Shown one piece after another: positions 6,221-16,300 of a stretch of 64,000 nucleotides of DNA. A program made the translations under genes and the position numbers. The DNA comes from a virus (lineage: Duplodnaviria; Caudoviricetes), in the IMG/VR virus record IMGVR_UViG_3300042356_000309, positions 2,235-66,234 of that record. One strand, written 5' to 3'. The notes beneath the pieces were generated by a model, which was given only the letters and a program-made list of their open reading frames with translations, did not search any database and was not told where the DNA came from. Position 1 is the first letter of the stretch. Each line of letters begins with the position of its first letter.

Positions 6221-8608
6221 ATGATTACATACTTTAAGTCATTATCAGAGACTGATAAGCCATACTATATTGATATAAGCAAAGCACTTGAACGCATACG
6301 AATAGGTAAGTCAAAGGACCTATGTGAGAGGATTAGGCAGTATGCAGGACCAGAAAACAAGGCAAAAAGAAACGAGCTGAAGAAGGGTCTTCCAGCAATA
6401 TGTTTCTCTGGTACATTTACCAAGAGGTCCAAGGCTTCAATCGTTGAGCATAGTGGGTTTATTGCCATCGATTTCGATGGGTTTGATGACGAGTGGGTTA
6501 TGCTGGACTTCAGACACTTTCTGACAAGGGACAAGTACTCGTATGCCGTATTCCTATCACCATCTGGTGATGGTTTAAAGGTAGTAGTCAGAATACCTAA
6601 AGATATAGATAACCACTTGAACTACTTCCTGTCACTGAAGAAGTACTACGACATGCCACAGTTCGATACATCGACAAAGGACATAAGTCGTGTGTGCTTC
6701 GAGTCGTATGACCCAGACATATATGTCAACGAGAACAGCGAGGTATTCACTGAGATAACCACCGAGGAGTATAAGATATTTGAGAAGAGTACGTCAAGGA
6801 GTACCATTAAGTTAGACAATGCAAACGAGATAGTACGAAGACTACTAGTGTGGTGGGAACGAGACTTCGGTATGGTGCAGGGTCAGAAGAATAATAATCT
6901 ATTCATACTTGCGTCAGCACTAAACGAGTTCGGTATCAGTGAGCATGAGGCTAGAGAGGTGTTGCTCAGCTATGACGAGGGTGATAAGGATAAGGAGATA
7001 ATCAATATTCTACGCAGTGCGTATAAAAACACCTCAGCACATGGCACTAAGTTCTATGAGGACAATGCGAAGGTTGACGCTATCAAGACTATGGCCAAGC
7101 AGGGCGTACCAACAGACGAGTTGGTTAGTATGAATAACCTACTGTCAGCTGACGTTGTTCAGTCCATAGCGTCAGAGGTAGATGCCAACGACCCGACAGT
7201 GTTCTGGTCCAAGAGCAGTAAGGGTTCTGTCACGCACATCAATCACCTGTACAAGGAGTACCTAGAGTTCATGGGTTACGGTAAGTATCACGTTGAAGGA
7301 GGTAATGCGTTCGTGTTTGTCAAGGTACGCAACAACATTATATCTGACGCATACGACACAACTATCAAGGACGCAGTTCTTAATGAGTACCTGTACAACT
7401 TGGATGACAAGAGTATATACAACTACTTCGCAGACAAGAGCAAGCTATTCAAGGAGGACCACCTGTCATTCCTTAATACCATTAGACCTAATATAATTAA
7501 GGACGACAAGGATACAGCGTACCTGTACTATAGGAACTGTGCTGTCAAGGTTACTCTCGACAGTGTCGATATAATTGACTACTCAGACATAGATGGGTAC
7601 ATATGGGAGAAACAAATGATCGACAGAGACTTTGTTGTCTGTGACTACTCAGACAGCGTGTACAAGAAGTTTATAAGTAATATTGGGGGAGGGGAGACCG
7701 ATAGGATAAGGTCTATAGAGTCAACGGCAGGATACCTGATGCACAGCTACAAGCCACCTAGTTACGCACCAGCAGTCATCATTAATGACGAGGTGATATC
7801 AGACAATCCAGAGGGTGGTACTGGTAAGGGTATCTTTGTCAGCTCTATATCTCACCTAAAGAAGACCGTGATTATCGATGGTAAGGCGTTCACGTTTAAC
7901 AAGTCATTCCCATACCAGAGGGTATCAGCGGATACTCAGTTACTGGTGTTTGATGACGTTAGCAGACACTTCGACTTCGAGAAGCTGTTCTCCATCATTA
8001 CTGAGGGAATAACTCTTGAGAAGAAGAATAAGGACGAGATACATATACCGTTCGAGAGGTCACCAAAGATCGTAATAACCACTAACTACGCAATCAAGGG
8101 GGCAGGTAACTCGTTCGAAAGAAGGAAGTGGGAACTTGAGTTCGCACAGCACTACAGCAAGAACTTCACTCCAGAGAACGAGTTTGGCCACCAGTTGTTT
8201 ACAGGGTGGGATGCACACGAGTGGTCTAAGTTTGACAACTACATGATTGCTAACCTACAGATGTACCTCAAGAAGGGTCTAATCAAGTCACAGTTCAAGA
8301 ACCTCAGAGAGAGGAAGTTTGTTGCTGAGACATCGATGGACTTCTATGACTGGTGCAAGGACAGGTACAACAACATGACGAAGGTTGGCTCTGAAACGTT
8401 AGGGCAGGAGATGTATCGTTCGTTCACAGAACAGAACCCAGACTACGGACCTAGAGGTAAGATGTCGCTTCCGCTTACTAAGTTCTATAAGTGGCTAGAC
8501 TCTTGGGGAGAGTATATGTTTAACGTCAGACCTATAACGTATAGGAGTGCACTAGGTAAGATGGTTAAGTTCGAGATGAAGTATGACGAACAATCTAAAA
8601 TGTTTTAA
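6221..8608 (+). CDS. primase-helicase: BT4734/VirE-N primase-like domain plus C-terminal P-loop helicase
   Basis: KxxLPAICFSG, IDFD, SPSGDGLK and DISRVCFESYDP motifs; Walker A GGTGKG, Walker B FDD, ITTN. Confidence 0.85.
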   Translation: MITYFKSLSETDKPYYIDISKALERIRIGKSKDLCERIRQYAGPENKAKRNELKKGLPAICFSGTFTKRSKASIVEHSGFIAIDFDGFDDEWVMLDFRHFLTRDKYSYAVFLSPSGDGLKVVVRIPKDIDNHLNYFLSLKKYYDMPQFDTSTKDISRVCFESYDPDIYVNENSEVFTEITTEEYKIFEKSTSRSTIKLDNANEIVRRLLVWWERDFGMVQGQKNNNLFILASALNEFGISEHEAREVLLSYDEGDKDKEIINILRSAYKNTSAHGTKFYEDNAKVDAIKTMAKQGVPTDELVSMNNLLSADVVQSIASEVDANDPTVFWSKSSKGSVTHINHLYKEYLEFMGYGKYHVEGGNAFVFVKVRNNIISDAYDTTIKDAVLNEYLYNLDDKSIYNYFADKSKLFKEDHLSFLNTIRPNIIKDDKDTAYLYYRNCAVKVTLDSVDIIDYSDIDGYIWEKQMIDRDFVVCDYSDSVYKKFISNIGGGETDRIRSIESTAGYLMHSYKPPSYAPAVIINDEVISDNPEGGTGKGIFVSSISHLKKTVIIDGKAFTFNKSFPYQRVSADTQLLVFDDVSRHFDFEKLFSIITEGITLEKKNKDEIHIPFERSPKIVITTNYAIKGAGNSFERRKWELEFAQHYSKNFTPENEFGHQLFTGWDAHEWSKFDNYMIANLQMYLKKGLIKSQFKNLRERKFVAETSMDFYDWCKDRYNNMTKVGSETLGQEMYRSFTEQNPDYGPRGKMSLPLTKFYKWLDSWGEYMFNVRPITYRSALGKMVKFEMKYDEQSKMF

Positions 8609-8609
8609 C

Positions 8610-9842
8610 ATGAAAGAACTCAGAGATTATCAGAAGCAAGGAGCTATTAATGGTGTCGAGATACTCAATAGGTACAAGATACTTTATATGGCTTGGAGCG
8701 TTAGAACTGGGAAGTCGGCTACCTCTATGGAGGTGGCCAGACTTTTTGGTGCTAAGAAGGTTCTATTACTTACAAAGAAGAAGGCTATTGACAGTATCAC
8801 TAGTGACTACAAAGACTTTGGTTTTGATAGTTATTTTATGCAAACAATATGTAATAACGAGTCAATGCATAAGATAACATGCACAGACTTTGATCTTGTA
8901 ATCATGGATGAGTCACACAGGCATGGTGCATTTCCTAAGCCATCAACTGGAGCCAAGTACTTCAAGAAGAGGTTTGGACATCTGCCTATCATCATGCTGT
9001 CTGGTACACCTTGTCCAGAGTCATTCAGTCAGATGTACCACCAGATGTGGGTATCGGCATACTCACCTTGGAGTAGGTACACTACGTTCTATAAGTGGTC
9101 ATCAGACTATGTTGTGCCTAAGCAGAAGCGCATAGGTGCGTTCATGTATAACGACTACTCGTTCGGTATAGAGGATAAGATAATGAGTGACGTTGCTCAC
9201 GTAATGACAACCTACACACAGGAGCAGGCAGGGTTCGAGTCAGTGATAGAGGAGGAGGTTATACGTATTAAGATGAAGCCTATGACATATAACATAATGG
9301 ATACACTTCTTGCTGACAGGGTTGTTGAAGGTAACAACGAGGTTATACTTGGCGATACTGCCGCCAAGTTGATGCAGAAGGTTCACCAGTTGTGTGGAGG
9401 CACGATTAAGTTTGAGTCTGGTAAGTCTATGGTACTTGATACAACGAAGGCTGAGTTTATTAAGTCGCATTTTGCGACATCAAAAATTGGAATCTTCTAC
9501 GTGTTCAAGGAAGAACTTAACGCACTGAAGCAGGTATACGGAGATGATCTTACTACAAGTATTGACGAGTTCAACTCAACTGATAAGGTTATAGCCTTAC
9601 AAACTGTATCTGGACGTGAGGGTATATCCTTAAGAAATGCTGACTACCTTGTCTTCTATAACATTATGCATAGCGCAGTGTCTTACTGGCAGGCTAGGGA
9701 TAGGATGACTACTATAGACAGGAAGTTCAACAAGGTGTACTGGATATTCACTGAAGGAGGTATAGAGGACAAGATCTATAAGGTAGTGAAGAGTAAGAAG
9801 AAGTATACTAGTAACGTATTTAAGAAAGACTATAAGATATGA
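8610..9842 (+). CDS. superfamily 2 helicase (SNF2/Res-like)
   Basis: LRDYQ, RTGKS, DESH, SGTP, GREGISL and QARDR motifs. Confidence 0.85.
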   Translation: MKELRDYQKQGAINGVEILNRYKILYMAWSVRTGKSATSMEVARLFGAKKVLLLTKKKAIDSITSDYKDFGFDSYFMQTICNNESMHKITCTDFDLVIMDESHRHGAFPKPSTGAKYFKKRFGHLPIIMLSGTPCPESFSQMYHQMWVSAYSPWSRYTTFYKWSSDYVVPKQKRIGAFMYNDYSFGIEDKIMSDVAHVMTTYTQEQAGFESVIEEEVIRIKMKPMTYNIMDTLLADRVVEGNNEVILGDTAAKLMQKVHQLCGGTIKFESGKSMVLDTTKAEFIKSHFATSKIGIFYVFKEELNALKQVYGDDLTTSIDEFNSTDKVIALQTVSGREGISLRNADYLVFYNIMHSAVSYWQARDRMTTIDRKFNKVYWIFTEGGIEDKIYKVVKSKKKYTSNVFKKDYKI

Positions 9843-10009
9843 AACCTAAAGAAAAAGCAAAAGAGTTGATAGATTATTCTATAAAACTACATGGATCTGA
9901 AGATGCTAAAAAGCAATGTTTAATCACTGCGGAACAGTTAATTTTTCTAGCACCTTTTGAAGAAAAAAATTACTGGAATAAAGTTAAACAAGAACTAGAG
10001 AACATATGA
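9839..10009 (+). CDS. small conserved phage protein (MKPKEKAKEL...YWxxVKQE)
   Basis: Hand translation, 56 aa; ATGA coupling on both sides. Confidence 0.65.
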   Translation: MKPKEKAKELIDYSIKLHGSEDAKKQCLITAEQLIFLAPFEEKNYWNKVKQELENI

Positions 10010-10350
10010 GTGGAGGATATTTTGAATACAGGCAATATAGTATGGAAGATGTTGCTGAGATGATTGAAAGAGAAATAGAAAAAAGTGGCAAGCCATATTC
10101 TGAAGAAGAACTAAAGGAAATGAGCTGGCGTGATAGCGACTGGTATGATAAGTATCCAGAGGATAAGTTCCATTATAAGTATCCAGACGAGGTGTTGACA
10201 CAGTTTAAACTAGGAGTTGAAATAATTAGGATGGCTGGAATATATATGCACAGAATAGACTGGCTACTATCTGGTGACGATGGTGACGATACATTCTTAG
10301 AAAGATTGCAAAAAGATTTAAAGAAACTATATGAAAAAGATACTGACTGA
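10006..10350 (+). CDS. conserved phage hypothetical protein
   Basis: MSGGxFxY...RIDWLLSGDDG motif. Confidence 0.75.
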   Translation: MSGGYFEYRQYSMEDVAEMIEREIEKSGKPYSEEELKEMSWRDSDWYDKYPEDKFHYKYPDEVLTQFKLGVEIIRMAGIYMHRIDWLLSGDDGDDTFLERLQKDLKKLYEKDTD

Positions 10351-10588
10351 CCCAAACGTTCAGCTCCTCATCAAGCAGTTCGATCTTGAGATACCTAAGA
10401 TGCACAACATTCTGGTTGATCGTTACGAACTAAATGATGGTAAGATTATAATTTTATCTGCAAAAGTTTTGGATGGTGATTTGAATTTTGTTAAATTAGC
10501 CGACCAGAGTAGATTGATTGACCATCTACATATGTGTAACGTGATATTCGATGATAGAATCAAAAGTCCAGAAGTCGCTAATCGATGA
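10331..10588 (+). CDS. hypothetical protein
   Basis: ORF track, overlapping operon arrangement. Confidence 0.6.
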   Translation: MKKILTDPNVQLLIKQFDLEIPKMHNILVDRYELNDGKIIILSAKVLDGDLNFVKLADQSRLIDHLHMCNVIFDDRIKSPEVANR

Positions 10589-10805
10589 GCTTGAACGCAA
10601 TGGCTTCTACGTAATAAAATTATCTGTAACCAATAAGAACGGAATACCAGACATCGTAGCCTTTCCAAAAGGCTGCGGTGCAGTATTCTATGAGGTAAAG
10701 CAGAAGGGTAAGAAGCCTAGTAAACTACAGGAGTTTAGAATAAAGGAACTAAAGAATCACGGAATTAAAGTATTTGTACATGACGGAGATACCACTGAAA
10801 GATAA
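10551..10805 (+). CDS. VRR-NUC nuclease (resolvase-like)
   Basis: ESxVQ, GIPDI, FYEVK and SxLQ motifs. Confidence 0.85.
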   Translation: MIESKVQKSLIDELERNGFYVIKLSVTNKNGIPDIVAFPKGCGAVFYEVKQKGKKPSKLQEFRIKELKNHGIKVFVHDGDTTER

Positions 10806-11076
10806 GATGAACGTTTATAACTTAACTATAAGCGGAGTAACTATGGATGACATAGTATTTGAAACTGGGATACAATATAAAAGGGTATCTAAGATAATAA
10901 AAGAGATGTCAGAAATAGTACATAATAACAGGTTTACAAAACTTGGAAGAAAGGACGAGCCATACTATGAGTGTGAAGAAGATTATGCGCTCACACCAGT
11001 TTACGAATGGAATGATTTAAATTTAAATGAAATAGAGTTTTATGAAAGCTATAGCAAAGGAGGAAGCAAATCCTAA
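10780..11076 (+). CDS. hypothetical protein with possible N-terminal HTH
   Basis: ORF track; GVTMDDIVFETGIQYKRV segment. Confidence 0.55.
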   Translation: MTEIPLKDKMNVYNLTISGVTMDDIVFETGIQYKRVSKIIKEMSEIVHNNRFTKLGRKDEPYYECEEDYALTPVYEWNDLNLNEIEFYESYSKGGSKS

Positions 11077-11293
11077 GATAACACACTACGAGTACTACAC
11101 AAACATATCTCATCCAGAGCATTATGATAACAGCAACGGATCACTGTATAAGTTTGCTGTTGATCACGAGCTCAATGCGTACGAGTTTGATATTGTTAAA
11201 CGAATCGTTCGTTGCAGGAAGAAGGGTCAGTTAAAGGAAGACCTAGAGAAAACAAAAACAGTTATTGATTTATATTTAAAAGAACAGTTATGA
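11042..11293 (+). CDS. DUF3310-like phage protein
   Basis: HPEHY...IVKxxxR...KKG...EDLEK motifs. Confidence 0.7.
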   Translation: MKAIAKEEANPKITHYEYYTNISHPEHYDNSNGSLYKFAVDHELNAYEFDIVKRIVRCRKKGQLKEDLEKTKTVIDLYLKEQL

Positions 11294-11745
11294 AGAAACC
11301 AACAACATCACAGAAGTATTTAGCACTGGCTATTATACTTCCAGTACTCGCAGACTTTATCGAGGACCTAAGAGATACAAACGTGTTCAGACATTCATTA
11401 AAGATGAAGGCAAACCTATTGCTCAGTGAGATAAGAATCGCAGACTCTAAGTTCTATGAACGTGGAGCGTTTGGAAATATCTCAGATGAGGAGTATATAA
11501 AAAGAATTACAGCTATAGCAGATCAACAGGTTATAGGAGGAATATCATTTAGACAGTGGGTAGCATCAGAATTTATAGATCCGTATGAAGAAGGCAGTGT
11601 ACATAGTGACGATAGTAGTAACAATGAGAAACAAGAAGGAGGTGAGGAAAATAAGGAAGGAACTCTGCCCGATGATTCTAAACGAACAAAAAGAAATTCC
11701 ACGGGAAAGCCTAAGAAGTCAGCTAAGGATGCTGTTAAGGAATGA
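11290..11745 (+). CDS. hypothetical protein
   Basis: ORF track; low-complexity tail overlaps the next ORF. Confidence 0.65.
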   Translation: MKKPTTSQKYLALAIILPVLADFIEDLRDTNVFRHSLKMKANLLLSEIRIADSKFYERGAFGNISDEEYIKRITAIADQQVIGGISFRQWVASEFIDPYEEGSVHSDDSSNNEKQEGGEENKEGTLPDDSKRTKRNSTGKPKKSAKDAVKE

Positions 11746-11863
11746 AGTTAAGTTTAAAAATTTTGATAACTGGATGTACAGTTACGAGATAATAGATTAT
11801 AAATTTAGTACTAACATATATGAAGCTAATAAAGTTAAGAAAGACCTTAAAGACATGTCTTAA
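11585..11863 (+). CDS. hypothetical protein
   Basis: ORF track; fills an otherwise empty gap. Confidence 0.55.
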   Translation: MKKAVYIVTIVVTMRNKKEVRKIRKELCPMILNEQKEIPRESLRSQLRMLLRNEVKFKNFDNWMYSYEIIDYKFSTNIYEANKVKKDLKDMS

Positions 11864-11962
11864 GTATTACAAGAAAGAAAATAATCAAGTCAAGATCAAA
11901 GAATTAGAAGAAAAGATTGCACAGCTTGATAAAAAGTAATACCTTTGGTAAAACAGAAGGTA

Positions 11963-12142
11963 ATGAACACTAACCTAGTTACATATGTAAACTCAACCAT
12001 GAACGAGTTCCACGAGCTCGGTTCAGATCTCTATGAGGCAATGATCGACATGGATCAAAAGGCTGTAAACGATACAGTTATTAAACTCAAGAAGATGTTG
12101 AGTGAAATACAAAAGTCCTACCATGAGGAAACAACTTTATGA
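11963..12142 (+). CDS. small helical hypothetical protein
   Basis: ORF track; ATG at 11963. Confidence 0.65.
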   Translation: MNTNLVTYVNSTMNEFHELGSDLYEAMIDMDQKAVNDTVIKLKKMLSEIQKSYHEETTL

Positions 12143-13292
12143 GTTAGCTCTAAAACTATATAGAGAAAGCACAATAACAAAATCAGAAGCCACCAGACGT
12201 GCGTGTGAGCATTTAGGAACACAATACTCAGACGTAATAAGAAGAAGCGTTAGCGACTATATTACATCTAAACTAGAAAAGGTTGATGAAGGTATAGTAA
12301 ATGCCTCTGAGTCTGTTGAGGTTAACTACGAGAACGTGCCACATCTTTGGCTAAAGACAAAGGGTGCATCGTTATTTGTAAAGAACCCCTGGCATGGCAC
12401 TAAGGATATAGACTTCCAGTCTGTCATAGACTCGTGTATGTCTGAGTATCAAGAAGTACCAAAAATTGGTATTCCTAAATCAAGGTCATTCGATAGACTT
12501 ATATGGACTGACGTTCATATAGGTATGGACGCACACGGAAATGGAATGTCTCTCTATCCAATGGACTGGAATGAGGAAACTCTAATGTCTAGGATAGATA
12601 TCATGGTTAATTTTGTCCTTGAGAACAAGTCATCTAACATACTTGTTATAGATGAGCTTGGTGACTTCATGGATGGATGGAACGGTGAGACTACCAGAGG
12701 AGGCCATAAGCTACCTCAGAACATGTCTAACCAAGAGGCGTTTGATGTTGGACTCAGAGCAAAGCTAAGGCTTGTTGATGCACTATCGAACCACTACAAG
12801 TACGTAACTTGTAACAACATATGCAACGATAACCATGCTGGTTCATTTGGGTATGTAGTTAACTCTGCGTTCAAGAGTATTGTTGACTGTAAGTACGATA
12901 ACGTTTCTATTAACAACTACAACAAGTTTATATCGCACTACGTGATGGGTGACCACTGTTTCATAATCACTCATGGAAAGGACGACAAGAACCTTAAGTT
13001 TGGATTTAAGCCTATGCTAGATCCAAGGACATCTGAGAAGATCTCTCAGTACATAAGACACAACAACCTATTAAACGAGTGTAAGTACATAGAGTTCAGC
13101 AAGGGTGACTCCCACCAGTGCCTGTTCGATATGTGTACGTCAGATGAGTTTGACTACTTTAACTTTCCTGCGTTCAGCCCATCATCACAGTGGGTTCAGA
13201 CTAACTTCAAGAAAGGTAGGTCTGGATTCGTGATGCAGAACGTAGACATGCACTCAGACAGGAAGAACATTAAACCGTTCTTCTTTAACTAA
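12123..13292 (+). CDS. calcineurin-like metallophosphoesterase
   Basis: DVHIG, LGDFMDG, NDNH, THG and GDSH metal-binding motifs. Confidence 0.85.
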   Translation: MRKQLYELALKLYRESTITKSEATRRACEHLGTQYSDVIRRSVSDYITSKLEKVDEGIVNASESVEVNYENVPHLWLKTKGASLFVKNPWHGTKDIDFQSVIDSCMSEYQEVPKIGIPKSRSFDRLIWTDVHIGMDAHGNGMSLYPMDWNEETLMSRIDIMVNFVLENKSSNILVIDELGDFMDGWNGETTRGGHKLPQNMSNQEAFDVGLRAKLRLVDALSNHYKYVTCNNICNDNHAGSFGYVVNSAFKSIVDCKYDNVSINNYNKFISHYVMGDHCFIITHGKDDKNLKFGFKPMLDPRTSEKISQYIRHNNLLNECKYIEFSKGDSHQCLFDMCTSDEFDYFNFPAFSPSSQWVQTNFKKGRSGFVMQNVDMHSDRKNIKPFFFN

Positions 13293-13318
13293 GAAAGGGC
13301 CTAATGGCCCTTTTTTTA
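13293..13318. terminator. bidirectional terminator between the convergent genome arms
   Basis: AAAGGGCC-TAAT-GGCCCTTTTTTT between the two stop codons. Confidence 0.85.
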
Positions 13319-16300
13319 TTTGTTTTTGAAGTTTTCATTATAATATATCAGCGCAGTTTTAGATATTCTAGAGTTTGTCTGTTTCATAATAGTATTTAAT
13401 TCATCTAGTTCTTCGTCATCTAAACTTGCCCCATATCTCTCGTACATATAAAGAGCTTGCAGTTTAGGTTTATTTTCGAATACTATGTTTAACAGTCTTC
13501 TATCTAAACTCATATTATTTATGTAGTTATTATATTTATTATAATACGAATCTAATTCTGATTTAGTAACTGGTTTAAACCTTTCATCAATCATATCTAA
13601 AAGTTCTCCAACATTTAATTCTTTTCCAGAGTCATATATATCCTTTATATCATCATAAGTTTTTGTAGTATTATAATACTCCTCATCATTTTCTTCTATT
13701 AACATTTCAGCTATCCTGTCTTGTTCTTTTTTATCAAGAAGATTTTTATTAGTAGATCTAACTAATTTTCTGCTTGTATTTTTGATAAATTCATCCGTTG
13801 CGATAGAAAAAGCTTCTCCCATATCAGTCTTATCATCAAACATTCCATTAGCAACAGCATACAGTATAGATAATGTAGGATTTGTAGATTCAGATGTAAT
13901 TATTTTTTCAACCATCGCTTGAGTTCTTATAGGAGACATTCCAAATATAGGTGCTATAGTTTTAAATAAGCTATTTACATTATCATCATTTATACCTTCA
14001 TACTCTGGACTTATTACCCTATTTTCCCATCCCCTTTGTTGTTTAAATATTTTCTCTCCTCTAAATGTATCATAGTTTAATCCGTAAGCTATTCCAGCAG
14101 CAACCAATGGGTTTTTACCTAAAACGTTTTCTGGATAGAATGGAACTGATGATTTAACTGTATTCCAAAAAATATCATTATTTACATCGTAATCTACACC
14201 CCTAGAACTAAAAAAGAATTTTGTAATCATCTGTTCTGCAAATGTAGTAATTACTGAAAGCCCAGGAAGTTTTTTAATTCTTTTATATTTATACTCTCCG
14301 TTCTCATCTTTTTCTCCAGTAAATATTATATGATAGTTAGCTTTTTCGTATTCTGGTATAGAGTTTATAGCATCCATCATTTTTTTGTTACAATCATCTT
14401 CATCTTCTGCTTCAGCACAAGCACGTTGTAGTAATACAGATATAGAGTATGCAGCTATTCCAGCAGACATTATAGATCCTTGAATCATATTGCTTGCAAA
14501 TCCGTAAGGATTTTTTGTAGCGTATTCCCTAGTTCTTCTAAGGCCTTGCATACCTGCATTAAAGTATGGCATAACAGCATCTATATTTTTTGCATATTCT
14601 CCACCTTGATTAAAGTCAATAACCTCCCTAGCTTCTCTAACAGCATCATGCATTATATCTTCAAGGTCTTGTCCTTGAGGATCTAATCCATTATTTTCTT
14701 TTTTATATTTTTTAATTAGATCACTCTTTGTTTTTTCATATACAGAAAGTCTAAACGCCTCTTCTGATTTTTCACCTAAATATGATACAACTTTTGCATA
14801 GGTAACCAGAGTCTTTCTAGGTAATGAAAGAACTGGTAAGCCAAATACTTCTATCGTATATTCTTTTGATAGAAGCTGTCTAATTCCATCGGAAGACATG
14901 TAGTCCATTGCTCCACCATGCTCTAGGTATTCTCTTTTAATATTCTTATACTTTATTCCAAAAGAAGCTCTTAAGAAATTCTTTACAAAATCAAATGCAA
15001 GATGAGGAGCTCCATAAAATTTTCCAATAATTGGCATTTTACCATATACATCTGATAAAAATAAAATGTTAGAAAAGTCAGCAGGAACGTTACCAAGTAT
15101 AAAGAATGGGTTTCCAGATGTAGCAAAGAATCTTAAAAGAGATCCTCCAGATAATTTACCTATTTGTTTTAGTGTATCTGGAACATTATTTAAATCAAGT
15201 ATTTGATCTGCATATTTATTCTTTACGATCATCTTTCTTTTTACACCTTTCTTATAAAATATTACTTCTTTATATCCAAGAGGTATTTTATTCTTATCGT
15301 ATTTGTATATTAATGATCCTGTCTTAGTTTTTCCTATAACTGGATTATCTAAAAATATTTCAGATAACGCTTGTTTTTCTATATCAGTAGCATTTTCTAT
15401 ACTATCATTTATAGCATTAAGAAGTTTATTCTCAAAGTTTTTTCTTTCAGATGCATTTATTGCCATCATCATTAGCCACCTTGTGTCAGAGGCAAATGCA
15501 TTTTCGTTTTCATCACCAAGTCTTTTTATATCATCACTCTTTATACCTAGTGTTTTTGACATTGTGTCTATCTCAGTTGATGTAAACTGATCCTCACCTA
15601 TTATATATTTAAGAGTTTTAATTGGAGAGTACTCAATGTCTTTTAATGTATTGTATGTCTCTTCATTTATTCTGCCAGATTTAAAAGCATTTCTTAAATT
15701 TTCTTCATAAACCTTGAAGTATTCATTTGTTCTATTTTCAAAATCTGCATACTTCTTATCTCCAATAGCATTTTTTATTTCTTGCAAATCTGCCTGAGCT
15801 TCAGCTGTAGAGTATCCATCCATACCCTTATACGGCTTCATTCCTCTTTCAGCTCTATTTTTATTAATAGCTATAATACGTTTTGCGTATATCATGGCGT
15901 TAAGAAGATCCATATCTTTAACGCTAAGCAATAAATTTCTATTTAACTTTCTTCCATATATCTTTTTCTGAGCCTCTTTAAATCTTTCGTTTGCCCATCC
16001 AGAAGCACCAGCTTTATTTACTAATAAATTTAAAGCTCTCTTTGAGTATACACCAGCTATATTTCTTAAAGCTCTTTTTGCATCAGCTTGTCTATCTTCA
16101 AACTTTTGTATATACTCTTCAGCTAAATCTTTAGCCTTGGTCTTTTTTGTTCTTTCTTTTATATATTTTTTATTTTCATCTAATATATCTAAAGCCTTAA
16201 CGTTCTTTAGGCCCTTCTGTCTTCTGGCCTTAGTTATACTTGTAGCGTTTCTTTTAGTGTCTATTGATCCAGACATTCTTTCTCCCTTAAATGTAGCTAC

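Noticed and set aside
7293-9135. Same-strand alternative-frame ORFs inside the primase and helicase (also 37233-38024 in the capsid gene and 40948-41184 in the portal)
   Set aside because: No family resemblance or start context, and the main frame is conserved enzyme or structural sequence, unlike the 19453-19644 case.
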